From an uncultured Pseudomonadota bacterium (lineage in GTDB: Bacteria > Pseudomonadota > Gammaproteobacteria > Ga0077536), in assembly GCA_913047675.1 (NCBI GenBank), contig CAJWTO010000004.1:2134-66133 (forward strand): a DNA stretch of 64,000 bases. The letters run 5' to 3'. Positions 45,499-55,810 of the stretch are shown piece after piece (within the stretch, counting starts at the first letter, position 1; the number at the start of each line of letters is the position of its first letter). The notes beneath the pieces were generated by a model. It did no database searches. It worked only from the letters and a program-made list of their open reading frames with translations, and was not told the DNA's origin. The position numbers and the translations under genes are program-made.

Positions 45499-47061
45499 AT
45501 GAAAATAGGTATTCCCAGCGAAGTGCATGGAAACGAGCGGCGTGTAGCTATAACACCTGACGTAGTCGAACAATTGATCAAGTTGGGGTTCGAGATTGCG
45601 ATTGAATCCGGCGCGGGCGAAAAAGCGAGTTTTTCAGACACATCGTTCTCGTCAGCGGGTGCACAAATCGTTGCGGACACCCGATCTCTTTGGGAGGGTG
45701 CTGATATTATCTTAAAAGTTCGGGCGCCTGAAAGGCACCCAGGTCTAGGGCTACATGAAGTTGAGTTATTTGGAAAAGGACAGACCTTAATTTGCTTTCT
45801 TTGGCCTGCCCAAAATGAAGGGCTGATTAAAATGCTATCAGAAACTGGTGGCTCAGTATTAGCGATGGATTGTATTCCAAGGATTTCGCGGGCGCAGAAA
45901 ATGGATGCGCTGAGTTCTATGGCTAACATTGCAGGCTACCGAGCAATCATTGAGGCGGCCGGACAGTTTGGCCGTTTTTTTACAGGGCAGATTACAGCGG
46001 CAGGTAAAGTTCCGCCGGCTAAGGTGCTAGTGATTGGGGCTGGTGTTGCTGGTTTGGCGGCTATTGGGTCAGCTAAAAGTTTGGGAGCGATTGTGAGAGC
46101 GTTTGACACTCGCCCTGAGGTTAAGGAACAAGTCGAAAGTATGAATGCCGAATTTTTGTTGCTTGAATTTGAAGAAGATGGTTCAGGCTCTGGCGGGTAT
46201 GCTAAAACGATGAGTCCAGAATTCATAAAGGCAGAGATGGAACTTTTTGCCGAGCAGGCGAAAGAGGTCGATATTATTGTTACGACCGCACTTATCCCTG
46301 GAAAACCTGCGCCGAAATTGATTACGGTGGATATGGTGAAGTCGATGAAAGCCGGAAGCGTGATTGTTGATCTGGCGGCGGAGCAAGGGGGTAACTGCGA
46401 GCTCACGAGCCCTGATGAAATAGTAGTAAAGGAAGAAGTAACAATCATTGGGTATACCGATCTACCTAGTCGATTGCCTGCTCAAGCAAGTCAACTTTAC
46501 GGGACCAACCTAAAACACCTGCTTAGTGAGATGTGTCCTGACCACGACGGCAGGATTTCGGTGGACATGGAAGATGACGCTATTCGAGGTGCTACAGTAG
46601 TGCATGCGGGCGAAGTGACATGGCCAGCACCGCCTATTGCCACTGCGGCTCCGACCCCGAAAAAGTCTGCTGAACGTTCGCCAGAGCCAACGCCTGTCGC
46701 TAAAGAAGGTGGTGGTTTTGGGGGTATGGTAGGTTTTGGTTTGGTTGGCGTTGGCTTACTGTTGCTGGCTCGGGTTGCACCACCTGACTTTATGTCGCAT
46801 TTGACGGTGTTTGTTTTGGCTTGTTTTGTCGGCTATCAGGTGGTTTGGAATGTAACGCCTGCGCTCCATACACCATTAATGAGCGTGACTAACGCGATTA
46901 GCGGGATCATCGTGATAGGTGCAATCCTGCAGATTCCAAGCGGAAATTCCTTGGTGGCTTTCCTGGCAAGTATAGCTGTATTAATTGCTACTATTAATAT
47001 CGCGGGTGGCTTTTATGTCACACAAAGAATGTTACGCATGTTTCAAAAAGGAAAGAACTAA
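45499..47061 (+). CDS. pntA: NAD(P) transhydrogenase alpha subunit
   Basis: 520 aa with an alanine-dehydrogenase-like dI domain (RVAITPD..., [15 protein letters not shown]) and C-terminal TM helices. Confidence 0.92.
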   Translation: MKIGIPSEVHGNERRVAITPDVVEQLIKLGFEIAIESGAGEKASFSDTSFSSAGAQIVADTRSLWEGADIILKVRAPERHPGLGLHEVELFGKGQTLICFLWPAQNEGLIKMLSETGGSVLAMDCIPRISRAQKMDALSSMANIAGYRAIIEAAGQFGRFFTGQITAAGKVPPAKVLVIGAGVAGLAAIGSAKSLGAIVRAFDTRPEVKEQVESMNAEFLLLEFEEDGSGSGGYAKTMSPEFIKAEMELFAEQAKEVDIIVTTALIPGKPAPKLITVDMVKSMKAGSVIVDLAAEQGGNCELTSPDEIVVKEEVTIIGYTDLPSRLPAQASQLYGTNLKHLLSEMCPDHDGRISVDMEDDAIRGATVVHAGEVTWPAPPIATAAPTPKKSAERSPEPTPVAKEGGGFGGMVGFGLVGVGLLLLARVAPPDFMSHLTVFVLACFVGYQVVWNVTPALHTPLMSVTNAISGIIVIGAILQIPSGNSLVAFLASIAVLIATINIAGGFYVTQRMLRMFQKGKN

Positions 47062-48449
47062 TGAGTTCTGGAATCGTTACGGGAAGTTACATCATTGCAG
47101 CGGTGCTGTTTATTTTTAGTTTAGGTGGATTAAGTCATCCTCGGACAGCGAGGAGGGGAAATTTCTATGGAATGGTTGGGATGGGCATCGCCATCGCTGT
47201 TACGATTTTGCTACTTGGTGAGTCGGCAAATTTGAAATTGTTGGCGCCCGTTATGCTTATTGGGGCGTTGATAGGGCTGACGGTAGCTTACAGAGTACAA
47301 ATGACTGAAATGCCTGAACTAGTGGCAGTGTTGCATAGTTTCGTTGGTATGGCCGCCGTATTGATCGGTTTCGCAACCTATTTGGATGGCTCTGATGGGT
47401 ATGTAGGCGTTGCAAAAGTGATTCATGAAGTTGAGATCTATATTGGTGTTCTGATTGGCGCCGTGACTTTCTCAGGTTCAGTCATTGCATTTGGAAAACT
47501 GAAGGGGATCATAAGTGGTAAGCCTCTTTTGCTGCCTGCCAGACACTGGATTAATTTAGGGTTAGGTATCGCTAGTGTTTTCCTAGGAGTCGAGTTTGTT
47601 TCTACTACTGACGGTATGTCTTCCTTGCTAATAATGACAGCGATAGCGCTTCTATTCGGTGTGCACATGGTAATGGCAATCGGAGGAGCTGATATGCCAG
47701 TCGTTGTCTCGATGTTAAATAGCTATTCTGGTTGGGCTGCTGCGGCAACGGGTTTTATGTTATCTAATGATCTGCTCATTGTTACGGGCGCTTTAGTAGG
47801 CTCCAGTGGAGCGATATTGAGCTATATTATGTGTCGAGCGATGAACCGGAATTTTATTTCTGTGATAGCCGGTGGCTTTGGAACCGGCAGTAGCTCGGTG
47901 AGTTCCGCGACTTACGACGGAGAAGTCAATGAAATTCTAAGTAACGAAACCGCTGATATTTTGCGTGAGGCGGGACGAGTGATCATAGTGCCTGGCTACG
48001 GTATGGCAGTTGCGCAAGCGCAAAATACAGTATCGGAAATTTCTAATATTTTAAATGATACGAAGAAGGACGTACGATTTGCGATCCATCCGGTGGCGGG
48101 GCGTATGCCGGGACATATGAATGTACTGCTTGCCGAAGCACGCGTGTCATACGATGTAGTATTCGAAATGGATGAGATTAATGGAGAGTTTACGGACACT
48201 GACGTGGTGCTGGTTGTTGGGGCCAATGATATAGTGAATCCGTCAGCTCTATCGGAGCCAGAGAGCCCTATTGCTGGTATGCCAGTGCTCGAGGTGTGGA
48301 ATGCGGCGACCGTAGTGGTGCTAAAAAGAGGCATGGCCAGCGGTTATGCTGGCGTAGACAATCCATTATTTTTTAACGAAAACACTCGTATGCTGTTTGG
48401 CGATGCTAAGCAAAGTTTAGACTCTATATTGAGCGAGTTATCGCGATAG
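47061..48449 (+). CDS. pntB: NAD(P) transhydrogenase beta subunit
   Basis: 462 aa with an N-terminal TM domain and a dIII NADP(H) domain ([13 protein letters not shown]...[18 protein letters not shown]). It is coupled to pntA by TAATG. Confidence 0.92.
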   Translation: MSSGIVTGSYIIAAVLFIFSLGGLSHPRTARRGNFYGMVGMGIAIAVTILLLGESANLKLLAPVMLIGALIGLTVAYRVQMTEMPELVAVLHSFVGMAAVLIGFATYLDGSDGYVGVAKVIHEVEIYIGVLIGAVTFSGSVIAFGKLKGIISGKPLLLPARHWINLGLGIASVFLGVEFVSTTDGMSSLLIMTAIALLFGVHMVMAIGGADMPVVVSMLNSYSGWAAAATGFMLSNDLLIVTGALVGSSGAILSYIMCRAMNRNFISVIAGGFGTGSSSVSSATYDGEVNEILSNETADILREAGRVIIVPGYGMAVAQAQNTVSEISNILNDTKKDVRFAIHPVAGRMPGHMNVLLAEARVSYDVVFEMDEINGEFTDTDVVLVVGANDIVNPSALSEPESPIAGMPVLEVWNAATVVVLKRGMASGYAGVDNPLFFNENTRMLFGDAKQSLDSILSELSR

Positions 48450-48473
48450 GTTGTCTTCACTGACTGAACCCAT

Positions 48474-49202
48474 CTAGTGATTCGGCCAACATTTTTTGGC
48501 AAAATCAGGATAGGGGTCGGCGATTACAGGGGCGACTTTTTCTCGTATTAACTTAAGAGTCTTTTTTGTTGGCGCTGCTGTAATTGGTATCGTTTCAGGT
48601 ACCTCGAAATCAAAACCTGTGTTGTCATGCACTTCTTCGAGGGTGTGTCCCTGGTGGATAGATTTTAAGAAAAATTGCTTTTTGTTCCGATCGAATAAAA
48701 ACTGGCACAAGGGTGTTACCAATGCGTATGGTCCGCCGGGTCGGTAGATGTTAGGTGCACTCACTCCTGGCGCGCTAATAAAATCAACCTTTGGTACGAA
48801 AACGCGCCTACTATGTTCCTCTCTAAATAGTATTACACGTGGTACCAAAAAATATAGGTAGGCAGAACCAAACGCTCCTGACCACCTGGTCTCCTGTTTT
48901 GGATAAGCACCTATTCCGGTCAGGTTGACATTAGCCTGACCATCGATCTGACCGCCGCTGAGAAAAAATGCGTCGACTCTTCCTTGCCCAGCGCAATCAA
49001 ATAAGTCTACGCCTCCATCAAGCCGATACGGCTCTTGTGTGCTCCCAATAATAGATACTTTTTTTACTTCTTCAGAGCGCACTTTAGCCAGTAGTGCGGC
49101 AGAACCGGGTATGGGAGAGAGAACACCAACTGCTATGTGCTTCAAGCCATATAAGAATTCCGCAATAGTGGCAATTAACAGTTCTTCGATACTGTGATTC
49201 AT
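48474..49202 (-). CDS. CoA-transferase subunit B (glutaconate/3-oxoacid CoA-transferase family I)
   Basis: FFLSGGQIDGQANVNLTGIG...SGAFGSAYLY pattern. It is coupled to subunit A by TAATG. Confidence 0.8.
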   Translation of the reverse strand: MNHSIEELLIATIAEFLYGLKHIAVGVLSPIPGSAALLAKVRSEEVKKVSIIGSTQEPYRLDGGVDLFDCAGQGRVDAFFLSGGQIDGQANVNLTGIGAYPKQETRWSGAFGSAYLYFLVPRVILFREEHSRRVFVPKVDFISAPGVSAPNIYRPGGPYALVTPLCQFLFDRNKKQFFLKSIHQGHTLEEVHDNTGFDFEVPETIPITAAPTKKTLKLIREKVAPVIADPYPDFAKKCWPNH

Positions 49203-50023
49203 TAGTGAGAATTTACCTTAGAGCTAGAGTTTTGCGTCTCAAGCCAGGTCTTAAATGAGCTGTCGTTTTCTGCGGCCACGGCATAAGCCTTTATAGATGA
49301 GCGATCGTAATCATAATACCCAGGAAGATTTAATGGCCACGCTCCATTTGGTACTAATGCGATACCATCAACATACATTGCTGAGAGTGCCGCCGGCGCC
49401 AACTCGGGCTGTTCCAGAATATTGAAATCGACAATCTCTTCTACAGTCACAAGTGTTTTGGTGGCTGCGTGAGATATTATTTTAAGCTCTGCCTGACGTG
49501 CGATATAGACATTTCCATACACATCGGCCATGCCCGCATGGAAGATCGCGACATCAGGTGCGATCGCTGGAAGTACTACGATGGGGTCGTTTTCCATAAA
49601 TGGATTGTCGATGACACGAAAATCCTCTCGGTTTTTAAGTACATCCGAACCAATTAAGCCTCTCAGGGGGATGAAGGGCAGGCCTTTTTCTGCAGCCTGG
49701 AGACCTGCATAGATAGCAGGACAGGTAGCGTCTAAGATTTTAATCCTCCCCGACTTTACCGCAGATCCGAACTGAGGGGCTAAACCAAACTCTCCCAGAG
49801 AAACACCTGATGTTTCGACAGTTGCAACGCATCCAGCACCTATCAACATATCAGGCAACATACTTCCTGTTGGAACAGTTACGAGATGCAGATCCTTTGT
49901 ACCTTGCTTGATCAAGGTGCGTCCCAACTCCATAGGGACACTACAATCTTTGAAAAGGACGACCTTGTGCCCATTTTTTATTTGTTTAGCCATCTCACTG
50001 AGGCTTACGATTGAGCTATTCAT
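49202..50023 (-). CDS. CoA-transferase subunit A (family I)
   Basis: 273 aa. The subunit-A-like pattern (GAGCVATVETSGVSLGEFG...IPLRGLIGSDV) and the adjacent B subunit support the call. Confidence 0.78.
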   Translation of the reverse strand: MNSSIVSLSEMAKQIKNGHKVVLFKDCSVPMELGRTLIKQGTKDLHLVTVPTGSMLPDMLIGAGCVATVETSGVSLGEFGLAPQFGSAVKSGRIKILDATCPAIYAGLQAAEKGLPFIPLRGLIGSDVLKNREDFRVIDNPFMENDPIVVLPAIAPDVAIFHAGMADVYGNVYIARQAELKIISHAATKTLVTVEEIVDFNILEQPELAPAALSAMYVDGIALVPNGAWPLNLPGYYDYDRSSIKAYAVAAENDSSFKTWLETQNSSSKVNSH

Positions 50024-50044
50024 AAGTAATGGCCTTTCTGCAAT

Positions 50045-51646
50045 CTAATCTCGCGGGTAAATACAAGGATCTTTGACGGTAAAAGCTTCAAGTAAGAAAC
50101 GCTCTTGCGGTTTCTCTGACGCTGTTTTAGGTATCTCATCAACTAACTGAATATAGCTTGGTATGAAATTACTTTCGAGCTTTTCGACACACGTTTTAAA
50201 GATGTCAGCGGGCTGAAATGTGGCTTTATCTGTGGAGACAATCGCCGCTACGACATCTTTCTCGCCAGGGACGCCATTTGAGGAAGGCACCCCGTACACA
50301 AAAACGTCGTCTACCATTGGGTGTTCAGCAAGTTCTTTCTCCACGAAGGCGGGGTTTACAAAATCCCCATTATGTCTGATTCCGCCGCCTTTTCGGTGCA
50401 TGAAATAAAACCAACCATTTTCATCCCTATAGCCAATATCACCCATACGTAACCAGCCATTATTCATTTTATCACTGGAGGCGGTCGGGTTTTTGTAATA
50501 CGAGATTATTGGGCACGTTCCATCGGCGTTTTGAAATACTATTTCGCCAGGTTCGTTAGCCGGTAATTCATTGTCATTTTCATCAACTATTCTCCCGATA
50601 AGAGCATCGGGCGGAGCTCCAATACTTCCTACTGGACCTGAACCAGGGGGGTTTATTGTAAGACCTCCCTCGGCTGCGCCATAGAACTCGTAGACTTCAC
50701 AATCAAAGCGAGAGGCAAATTCTGACCAAATATTCGCCGGCATTCCAGCGCTGAGCACAAACCGTACAGGATTATCTCTATCATTGTATTTTTGGGGCTC
50801 GCTGTAGATGGCGGTAGTCATACCTCCTAAAAGATTAAAAGTTGTACACCCATAAAGACGCGTGATGTCCCAGAGCTTTGATTTAGTGAATTTACGACTA
50901 AATACTCCTCTTAGGCCCATATGGAGTGTGGTTCCTAGCGTGATTAGTTGTGCGTTGGCGTGTGTGAGTGATAATCCAGTATAGGGACGATCGTCCTCTT
51001 TCAGACCTAAGGTCGGGCCTAATGATCCGACAAATCCGAACCTAGCATGGGGTGATAGTATCGCCTTAGGATCTCCTGTGGTTCCGGATGTATATAGCAT
51101 TTGCATTGGGGCCTCAGGATCTGACACACGAATTTCTATTTCTGACACAGATCTTGAAAGTATTTCACCAAAGTTCTTATTACGACGACTAATTTTGGTT
51201 ATGGCACTTTTACCGATCACCCAAATCCACTCTATCAACGGACATTCGTCGAGAACAGGTAATAGGTTCTCCATGGCATAGTCGCCAACTATAGCTCCTT
51301 TGCACTCCGCATGGTTTAACATGAAAGACAGTTTCTTTCCTTTGGTTCTAGGATCAATTGGCACAAAGATCGTACCTAAAATTGAGGAACCAACCATAGT
51401 ATCTACAAATTCAGGCTGGTTTAGGGCGATCAAAGCGAAACTATCGCCAAGATTCATGTTTTCAGCTTCTAGTCCATGAGCAACCTTTTGGCCATTTGAC
51501 CAGAGCTGCTGGTAAGTGCGAGTGTCGTCTATAAATTCACTGCCCCGTGCAGTAACAAATGTTAGAACGTCGAGGTCGGGTAGTATTTTACGTTTTTTGT
51601 TAATAAGGTTCGCTAGTATTGCGATGTCTGGTTCAGTTGAACTCAC
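50045..51646 (-). CDS. AMP-dependent acyl-CoA synthetase/ligase
   Basis: LYTSGTTGDPKA (core motif A3), YGAAEG, and GDIGYRDENGWFYFMHRKG. 533 aa. Confidence 0.9.
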   Translation of the reverse strand: MSSTEPDIAILANLINKKRKILPDLDVLTFVTARGSEFIDDTRTYQQLWSNGQKVAHGLEAENMNLGDSFALIALNQPEFVDTMVGSSILGTIFVPIDPRTKGKKLSFMLNHAECKGAIVGDYAMENLLPVLDECPLIEWIWVIGKSAITKISRRNKNFGEILSRSVSEIEIRVSDPEAPMQMLYTSGTTGDPKAILSPHARFGFVGSLGPTLGLKEDDRPYTGLSLTHANAQLITLGTTLHMGLRGVFSRKFTKSKLWDITRLYGCTTFNLLGGMTTAIYSEPQKYNDRDNPVRFVLSAGMPANIWSEFASRFDCEVYEFYGAAEGGLTINPPGSGPVGSIGAPPDALIGRIVDENDNELPANEPGEIVFQNADGTCPIISYYKNPTASSDKMNNGWLRMGDIGYRDENGWFYFMHRKGGGIRHNGDFVNPAFVEKELAEHPMVDDVFVYGVPSSNGVPGEKDVVAAIVSTDKATFQPADIFKTCVEKLESNFIPSYIQLVDEIPKTASEKPQERFLLEAFTVKDPCIYPRD

Positions 51647-51991
51647 AAATATCCCCTCAATTTTAATGACATTACTGCCCGAAGAGAGTTCGAGCTATAT
51701 TTTTCTAGCAGTCAAGCTCACTGCATCCATTACTGTAGAATATAAATTTATCTAATGCTAATACAGTAGCAGATTGATTTGAATGGCGAAAATCTGCATG
51801 AAGTATGCAATAGAGCTACCGAGAGCACGCATGGCCGACGAGCAAGACTGGTGTATACTATTCGATAAGTACAGCGTTTCGCTGCTTGGGGAGTCCTTGG
51901 GAGAAGTTGCTCAATTTTTTCACCTTTTCGCCCTTGGTTCGTGTTTACGTGACGATAAATAAATATGATTACCTGATTAGAGGAGATTAAA

Positions 51992-52786
51992 ATGGAATTG
52001 AGAGAAGTGATTGGTCGACGTCGAACTATCCGCTACCTGAAACCCTATAAGGCTGTAGAGCCCGAGAAGATCCAGATGATGTTTGAAGCTGCTAGGATCG
52101 CTTCTCACTGGGGTAATGTTCAATCGTTACGTGCGGTCGCGATCCACCGTCACAGTGCCCCTCAGGAAGTTTTAGATTCACTGAAGGCAGTTGTCGTTGG
52201 TTGGCAATTACGTCTAGCTCCGGTGGTTATCGTTTGGTATTGCGATCCAGAAGTAGTGGAAGAGCAGGGTGATCGACTAAGAGAGCTTGTCAGTGTGGGC
52301 GCGATCGGGGTTGGACCCCAAGAGCAAAAGGTCTCTGTCTTAGAAGAAAAGTTCCTGCCATCATTTGAGGGGATTAAAGACTTTTTAAAAATGCCTGGCT
52401 TAAATGAAATTGATTGTGGCCAAGGTATCGCGCAAGCCACGCTAATGGCCTATGAGCAAGGCTTAGGAACATGTTGCCTCGGCACTCCGGATGGCGATGC
52501 CATTCTTGAGACTCTTGGCGTACCATCTCACTGTCGTTTGGTGATGATGCAAACTGTTGGTTATCCGTTAGAGCACTGGGAAGCTGGTGGACAAAAGCCT
52601 AAGCGCCCTTTTGAAGAATTGTTTTCAATGGACACATTTGGAAAGCCATACCCTAGAAGTCAGGAAGTTGTAGATGAGCTAACAAAAGATGGTGTTTTCA
52701 CTCGACCAGCACCATTACCTGATCGGGATGAGGAGCTTGAGCACATGCAACGTGCGCTTAATCTAAAAGCTCCAGCAATGTTTTAG
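51992..52786 (+). CDS. nitroreductase family protein
   Basis: The N-terminus is VIGRRRTIRYLKP, followed by QATLMAYEQGLGTCCLG. AGGAG lies 7 nt upstream of the ATG. Confidence 0.8.
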   Translation: MELREVIGRRRTIRYLKPYKAVEPEKIQMMFEAARIASHWGNVQSLRAVAIHRHSAPQEVLDSLKAVVVGWQLRLAPVVIVWYCDPEVVEEQGDRLRELVSVGAIGVGPQEQKVSVLEEKFLPSFEGIKDFLKMPGLNEIDCGQGIAQATLMAYEQGLGTCCLGTPDGDAILETLGVPSHCRLVMMQTVGYPLEHWEAGGQKPKRPFEELFSMDTFGKPYPRSQEVVDELTKDGVFTRPAPLPDRDEELEHMQRALNLKAPAMF

Positions 52787-52845
52787 AAAGTATGCTTGTT
52801 CGCCGATCATGATTGTGGTCGGCGAACGTGTTCCGCGGACAAGGC

Positions 52846-53862
52846 TCAGTCTGAGTTGATCTGAACTAAAAGCACCCCGTCATTCGAGCCGTCAAATAAT
52901 GCACGATAGAACAGTGGTAGGTTTTCGAAGCCTTCTCGAACATCCTCTTTGAATAGTACTTTGCCTTGTTCATACCAGGTTTTAAGGTTGCTAATAGCTG
53001 AAGGAAAGTTGTCGGTATAGTTTCTAGTTAAAAAGCCTTGCATGGTTATGCTGCCATAGATCAGACGCATCATGTTTCGGGGACCTTCAGAAGGCTTATC
53101 GTCGTTATAAGATGAAATTTGTCCGCAAAGTACAATACGACCTTTGACTGCCATGTTTTCTATAGCGGCTTGCAGAATGTCGCCACCCACATTGTCATAA
53201 TAGACGTTAATTCCATCAGGACAAAGCTGACGCAGTTCTTCTTCGACAGTCGCATTTTTATAATTTACTGCAGCGTCTAGTTGGCACTCCTCGGTCAGCC
53301 ACCTACACTTTTGGTCGCCTCCCGCGATCCCAATCACTCTGCAACCTTTTATACGAGCTATCTGAGCGGCAACTGAACCAGTCGCGCCTGCGGCTCCAGA
53401 CACTACAACAACATCGTTTTCTTTTGGTTGGCCGACTTCAAGCATTCCAAAGTACCCAGTCAAACTATTCAAACCAAATTTCCCCATAGCATCAACTGAA
53501 GTCATTTCATCAGGGATCTTTCCGACTGGCACTAGATCTGTGGACAGGATCTCATAATCCTGCCATCCCGCTCTGGTAGATACTCTGTCTCCCGGAGCAT
53601 ACTCTGCGCTGCCAGACTCTATAACAACAGCTATTGCAGGAGCCATTATTGGACTTCCGAGAGGTATCGATGGGTAAAGGCTATTCCCTGGCGGGCTCAT
53701 CCAATTTCTCATAGTTGGCGCACATAGGAATAATAAGTTTTTTACAAGAATCTCATTTGGTTTTAATTCTCTATTAGGAACTTCGCATTCTTTATAGGAA
53801 AAGTTCGTGTCTTCAATACTGCCCTCGGGACGGGAGGCAAGTAACCATTGTCGATTGATCAT
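52846..53862 (-). CDS. NADP-dependent oxidoreductase (YncB/CurA/PTGR-type medium-chain reductase)
   Basis: MINRQWLLASRPEGS at the N-terminus and VVVSGAAGATGSVAAQIARIKG as the nucleotide motif. The ATG at 53862 removes the 71-nt overlap with the upstream gene that the ORF-track start (53955) would imply. Confidence 0.85.
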   Translation of the reverse strand: MINRQWLLASRPEGSIEDTNFSYKECEVPNRELKPNEILVKNLLFLCAPTMRNWMSPPGNSLYPSIPLGSPIMAPAIAVVIESGSAEYAPGDRVSTRAGWQDYEILSTDLVPVGKIPDEMTSVDAMGKFGLNSLTGYFGMLEVGQPKENDVVVVSGAAGATGSVAAQIARIKGCRVIGIAGGDQKCRWLTEECQLDAAVNYKNATVEEELRQLCPDGINVYYDNVGGDILQAAIENMAVKGRIVLCGQISSYNDDKPSEGPRNMMRLIYGSITMQGFLTRNYTDNFPSAISNLKTWYEQGKVLFKEDVREGFENLPLFYRALFDGSNDGVLLVQINSD

Positions 53863-53884
53863 TACAAATAGGGTCCTTAAATTT

Positions 53885-54937
53885 TTATATTTTAAACGAT
53901 AGAAGATCTTTAAGATGACTATCAACCTGAGTGAGATATTCTTTATCAAATCCAAATAGGGCTAGATGGCCACCTAGACTTGTCAGAGGTCTAAATTCAC
54001 TGCCAGCGATCATTTCTTGCTCCCGCTTACAGTCTTTAACCGTAAAAAACATATCGGTATCTATGGGCATGACGAAGGTCTTCGCTTTAATACGAGAGAG
54101 CGCCGAGGTCAAGTCGCCATCACTTGCCCGACTGACATCTCCGCGTTGCCATTTCCAGGCCATACACAGCAAATTATTCGGGTCCATCTGAGTGAATAGA
54201 GCTTCCATGAAATCAGTTTGGAATGCCATGACTGAATTGAATCCTAGCTCTTTCCAACACTCTTGAGCAAAAAATTCAGTACAAAAACCCATAGTCGACC
54301 AAATTTTCGCATGCCGTTTCAGCCCTTCTTTTACTTCAAGGTGAGACGAGTACTCCCCTTCGTTGTAACCAGGATCTGAGGTGATCGCTTCAATTAACGT
54401 TTGGGTATATAAGTAATCATGATCCGTATTCTTTGCGTAGCCCGCGATGGGAGCTGCGCGCTTTACCATATCAGGATAGCGGACTGCCCATTCATAAGTC
54501 TGCTGAGCGCCCATCGATCCACCAACGACTAAGGCTAAGGTATCAATTTTCAGGTGCTCTGTTATCAGTTTGTGTTGTGCCCGAACGTCGTCCGCTATGC
54601 GGATATTAGGGAAATTACCCATATTGAAAGGTGGTTCGCTGTTGTGTGGTGATGTCGATATTCCGCTACCGATTTGATTTGCAATTATGATGAAATATTT
54701 TTCGGGATCTAACGCTCGGCCCGCTCCAACATACACTTGCTCCATTATCTTACTGGTTCCTGAGTACCACGTAGGCACCAATATGGCATTATCACGCGCA
54801 CTATTAAGTTTTCCATGTGTGGCATACACTAAATTAAGTTGTGGTAACGTCATTCCTTCCTCTAGCGTAAATTCTCCAAGGCTTGCCGTATGCCATGGGC
54901 CGTGATCGGCCTCCGAGTAATAAGTATTTTCTTTCAT
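53885..54937 (-). CDS. homoserine O-acetyltransferase (MetX)-like alpha/beta hydrolase
   Basis: FTLEEGMTLPQLNLVYATHGKLNSARDNAILVPTWYSGT and the nucleophile motif VGGSMGAQQTYEW are typical of the MetX family. The true substrate is uncertain in this context. Confidence 0.75.
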   Translation of the reverse strand: MKENTYYSEADHGPWHTASLGEFTLEEGMTLPQLNLVYATHGKLNSARDNAILVPTWYSGTSKIMEQVYVGAGRALDPEKYFIIIANQIGSGISTSPHNSEPPFNMGNFPNIRIADDVRAQHKLITEHLKIDTLALVVGGSMGAQQTYEWAVRYPDMVKRAAPIAGYAKNTDHDYLYTQTLIEAITSDPGYNEGEYSSHLEVKEGLKRHAKIWSTMGFCTEFFAQECWKELGFNSVMAFQTDFMEALFTQMDPNNLLCMAWKWQRGDVSRASDGDLTSALSRIKAKTFVMPIDTDMFFTVKDCKREQEMIAGSEFRPLTSLGGHLALFGFDKEYLTQVDSHLKDLLSFKI

Positions 54938-54963
54938 AATGTTTCTCTTCGTACTTCAGTGTT

Positions 54964-55719
54964 TTAGTAAATACCTTTATGTTGCACGCCATCGACAACA
55001 ATCGTCGCACCTGACATCCAATTAGCGCGAGACGAAGCCACGAATGTAATAACATCTGCTACTTCCTCCGGTGTTCCCATTCTGCCAAATGGGATACTAC
55101 TTACAATCCCATCGTACATACTTCTATCGTTTTGCTTCACAATATCCCAGAAGCCATTTTCGAAGTAGATCGATCCTGGTGCTATACAGTTGACTCGAAT
55201 ATTTTTCTCTGCGACCGTCGCGGCGGTAGTTTTGGTATGATTGAGGAGTGCCGCTTTAACCGCAGCGTAGGCAGGGGGCGAACCGCTCTCTAACCCTGAA
55301 ATTGAAGAGACGTGGATAATACTACCGCCACCGGACGCCTCCATCCAGGGTATAACTTGTTGCGTGGCGCGAACGCTTGCCATCAGGTCGATGTTGATAC
55401 TGACTTGCCATCCGGCCTCATCATCAGTCATCCCAAAGCCGGAAGTGTTATTTATTAACACGTCGATAGTGCCGAAAGTATCTCTAGCTTGGTCCATGAA
55501 TCCTGCAAGGGCATTTGCATCAGCGACATCAACGGATCGATGAAAGCATTGGATCCCGTGTGACGATATTTCATGCGCAGCGCTTTTTAGAGCCTCTTCT
55601 CCCCGAGCACAGATAGCAATATTGGCGCCTTCTTTGGCCATCGCTAGCGCTGTACTTTTCCCTATCCCTTTACTGCCACCAGTGATGATGACATTTTTAT
55701 CTTTCAATCCTAAATCCAT
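54964..55719 (-). CDS. short-chain dehydrogenase/reductase (SDR)
   Basis: ITGGSKGIGKS (TGxxxGxG), NNTS, and catalytic S...YAAVKAA. ATG at 55719 (MDLGLKDK); the ORF-track start at 55782 adds 21 unlikely codons. Confidence 0.88.
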   Translation of the reverse strand: MDLGLKDKNVIITGGSKGIGKSTALAMAKEGANIAICARGEEALKSAAHEISSHGIQCFHRSVDVADANALAGFMDQARDTFGTIDVLINNTSGFGMTDDEAGWQVSINIDLMASVRATQQVIPWMEASGGGSIIHVSSISGLESGSPPAYAAVKAALLNHTKTTAATVAEKNIRVNCIAPGSIYFENGFWDIVKQNDRSMYDGIVSSIPFGRMGTPEEVADVITFVASSRANWMSGATIVVDGVQHKGIY

Positions 55720-55810
55720 TGAAGCATTCCCCAGATGTGTTTTAGTGCTACTCTCAAGTAGTATAGCGATAATGAAGGTCATAACGCTATCAGGAAGATA
55801 AGGGATAAAT

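Noticed and set aside
45474-46448. Long antisense ORFs (151 and 170 aa) opposite pntA. Similar ones lie opposite serA (20829..21194), the carboxyltransferase gene (23713..24084) and pntB (47996..48334).
   Set aside because: They lie fully inside strongly supported genes. Their Ser/Ala/Pro-rich low-complexity translations are typical of the reverse frame of GC-richer coding DNA, and they have no start context.
51731-51768. TACTGTA...TACAGTA inverted repeat resembling LexA half-sites.
   Set aside because: The spacing is CTGT-N26-ACAG instead of N8, which is incompatible with LexA dimer binding. It is probably chance in AT-rich DNA.
51783-51968. A possible ~60-aa ORF (MAKICMKYAIELPRARMADEQDW...) in the 345-bp gap upstream of the nitroreductase gene.
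   Set aside because: It is not in the supplied ORF track. My hand reading of its end is uncertain by a base, and it has no RBS or recognisable motif. I have not called it.
53863-53955. An apparent 71-nt overlap between the MetX-like gene and the CurA-like reductase ORF.
   Set aside because: This is an artefact of the longest-ORF start. The reductase family N-terminus (MINRQWLLASRPEG) begins at the ATG at 53862, leaving a normal 22-nt gap.
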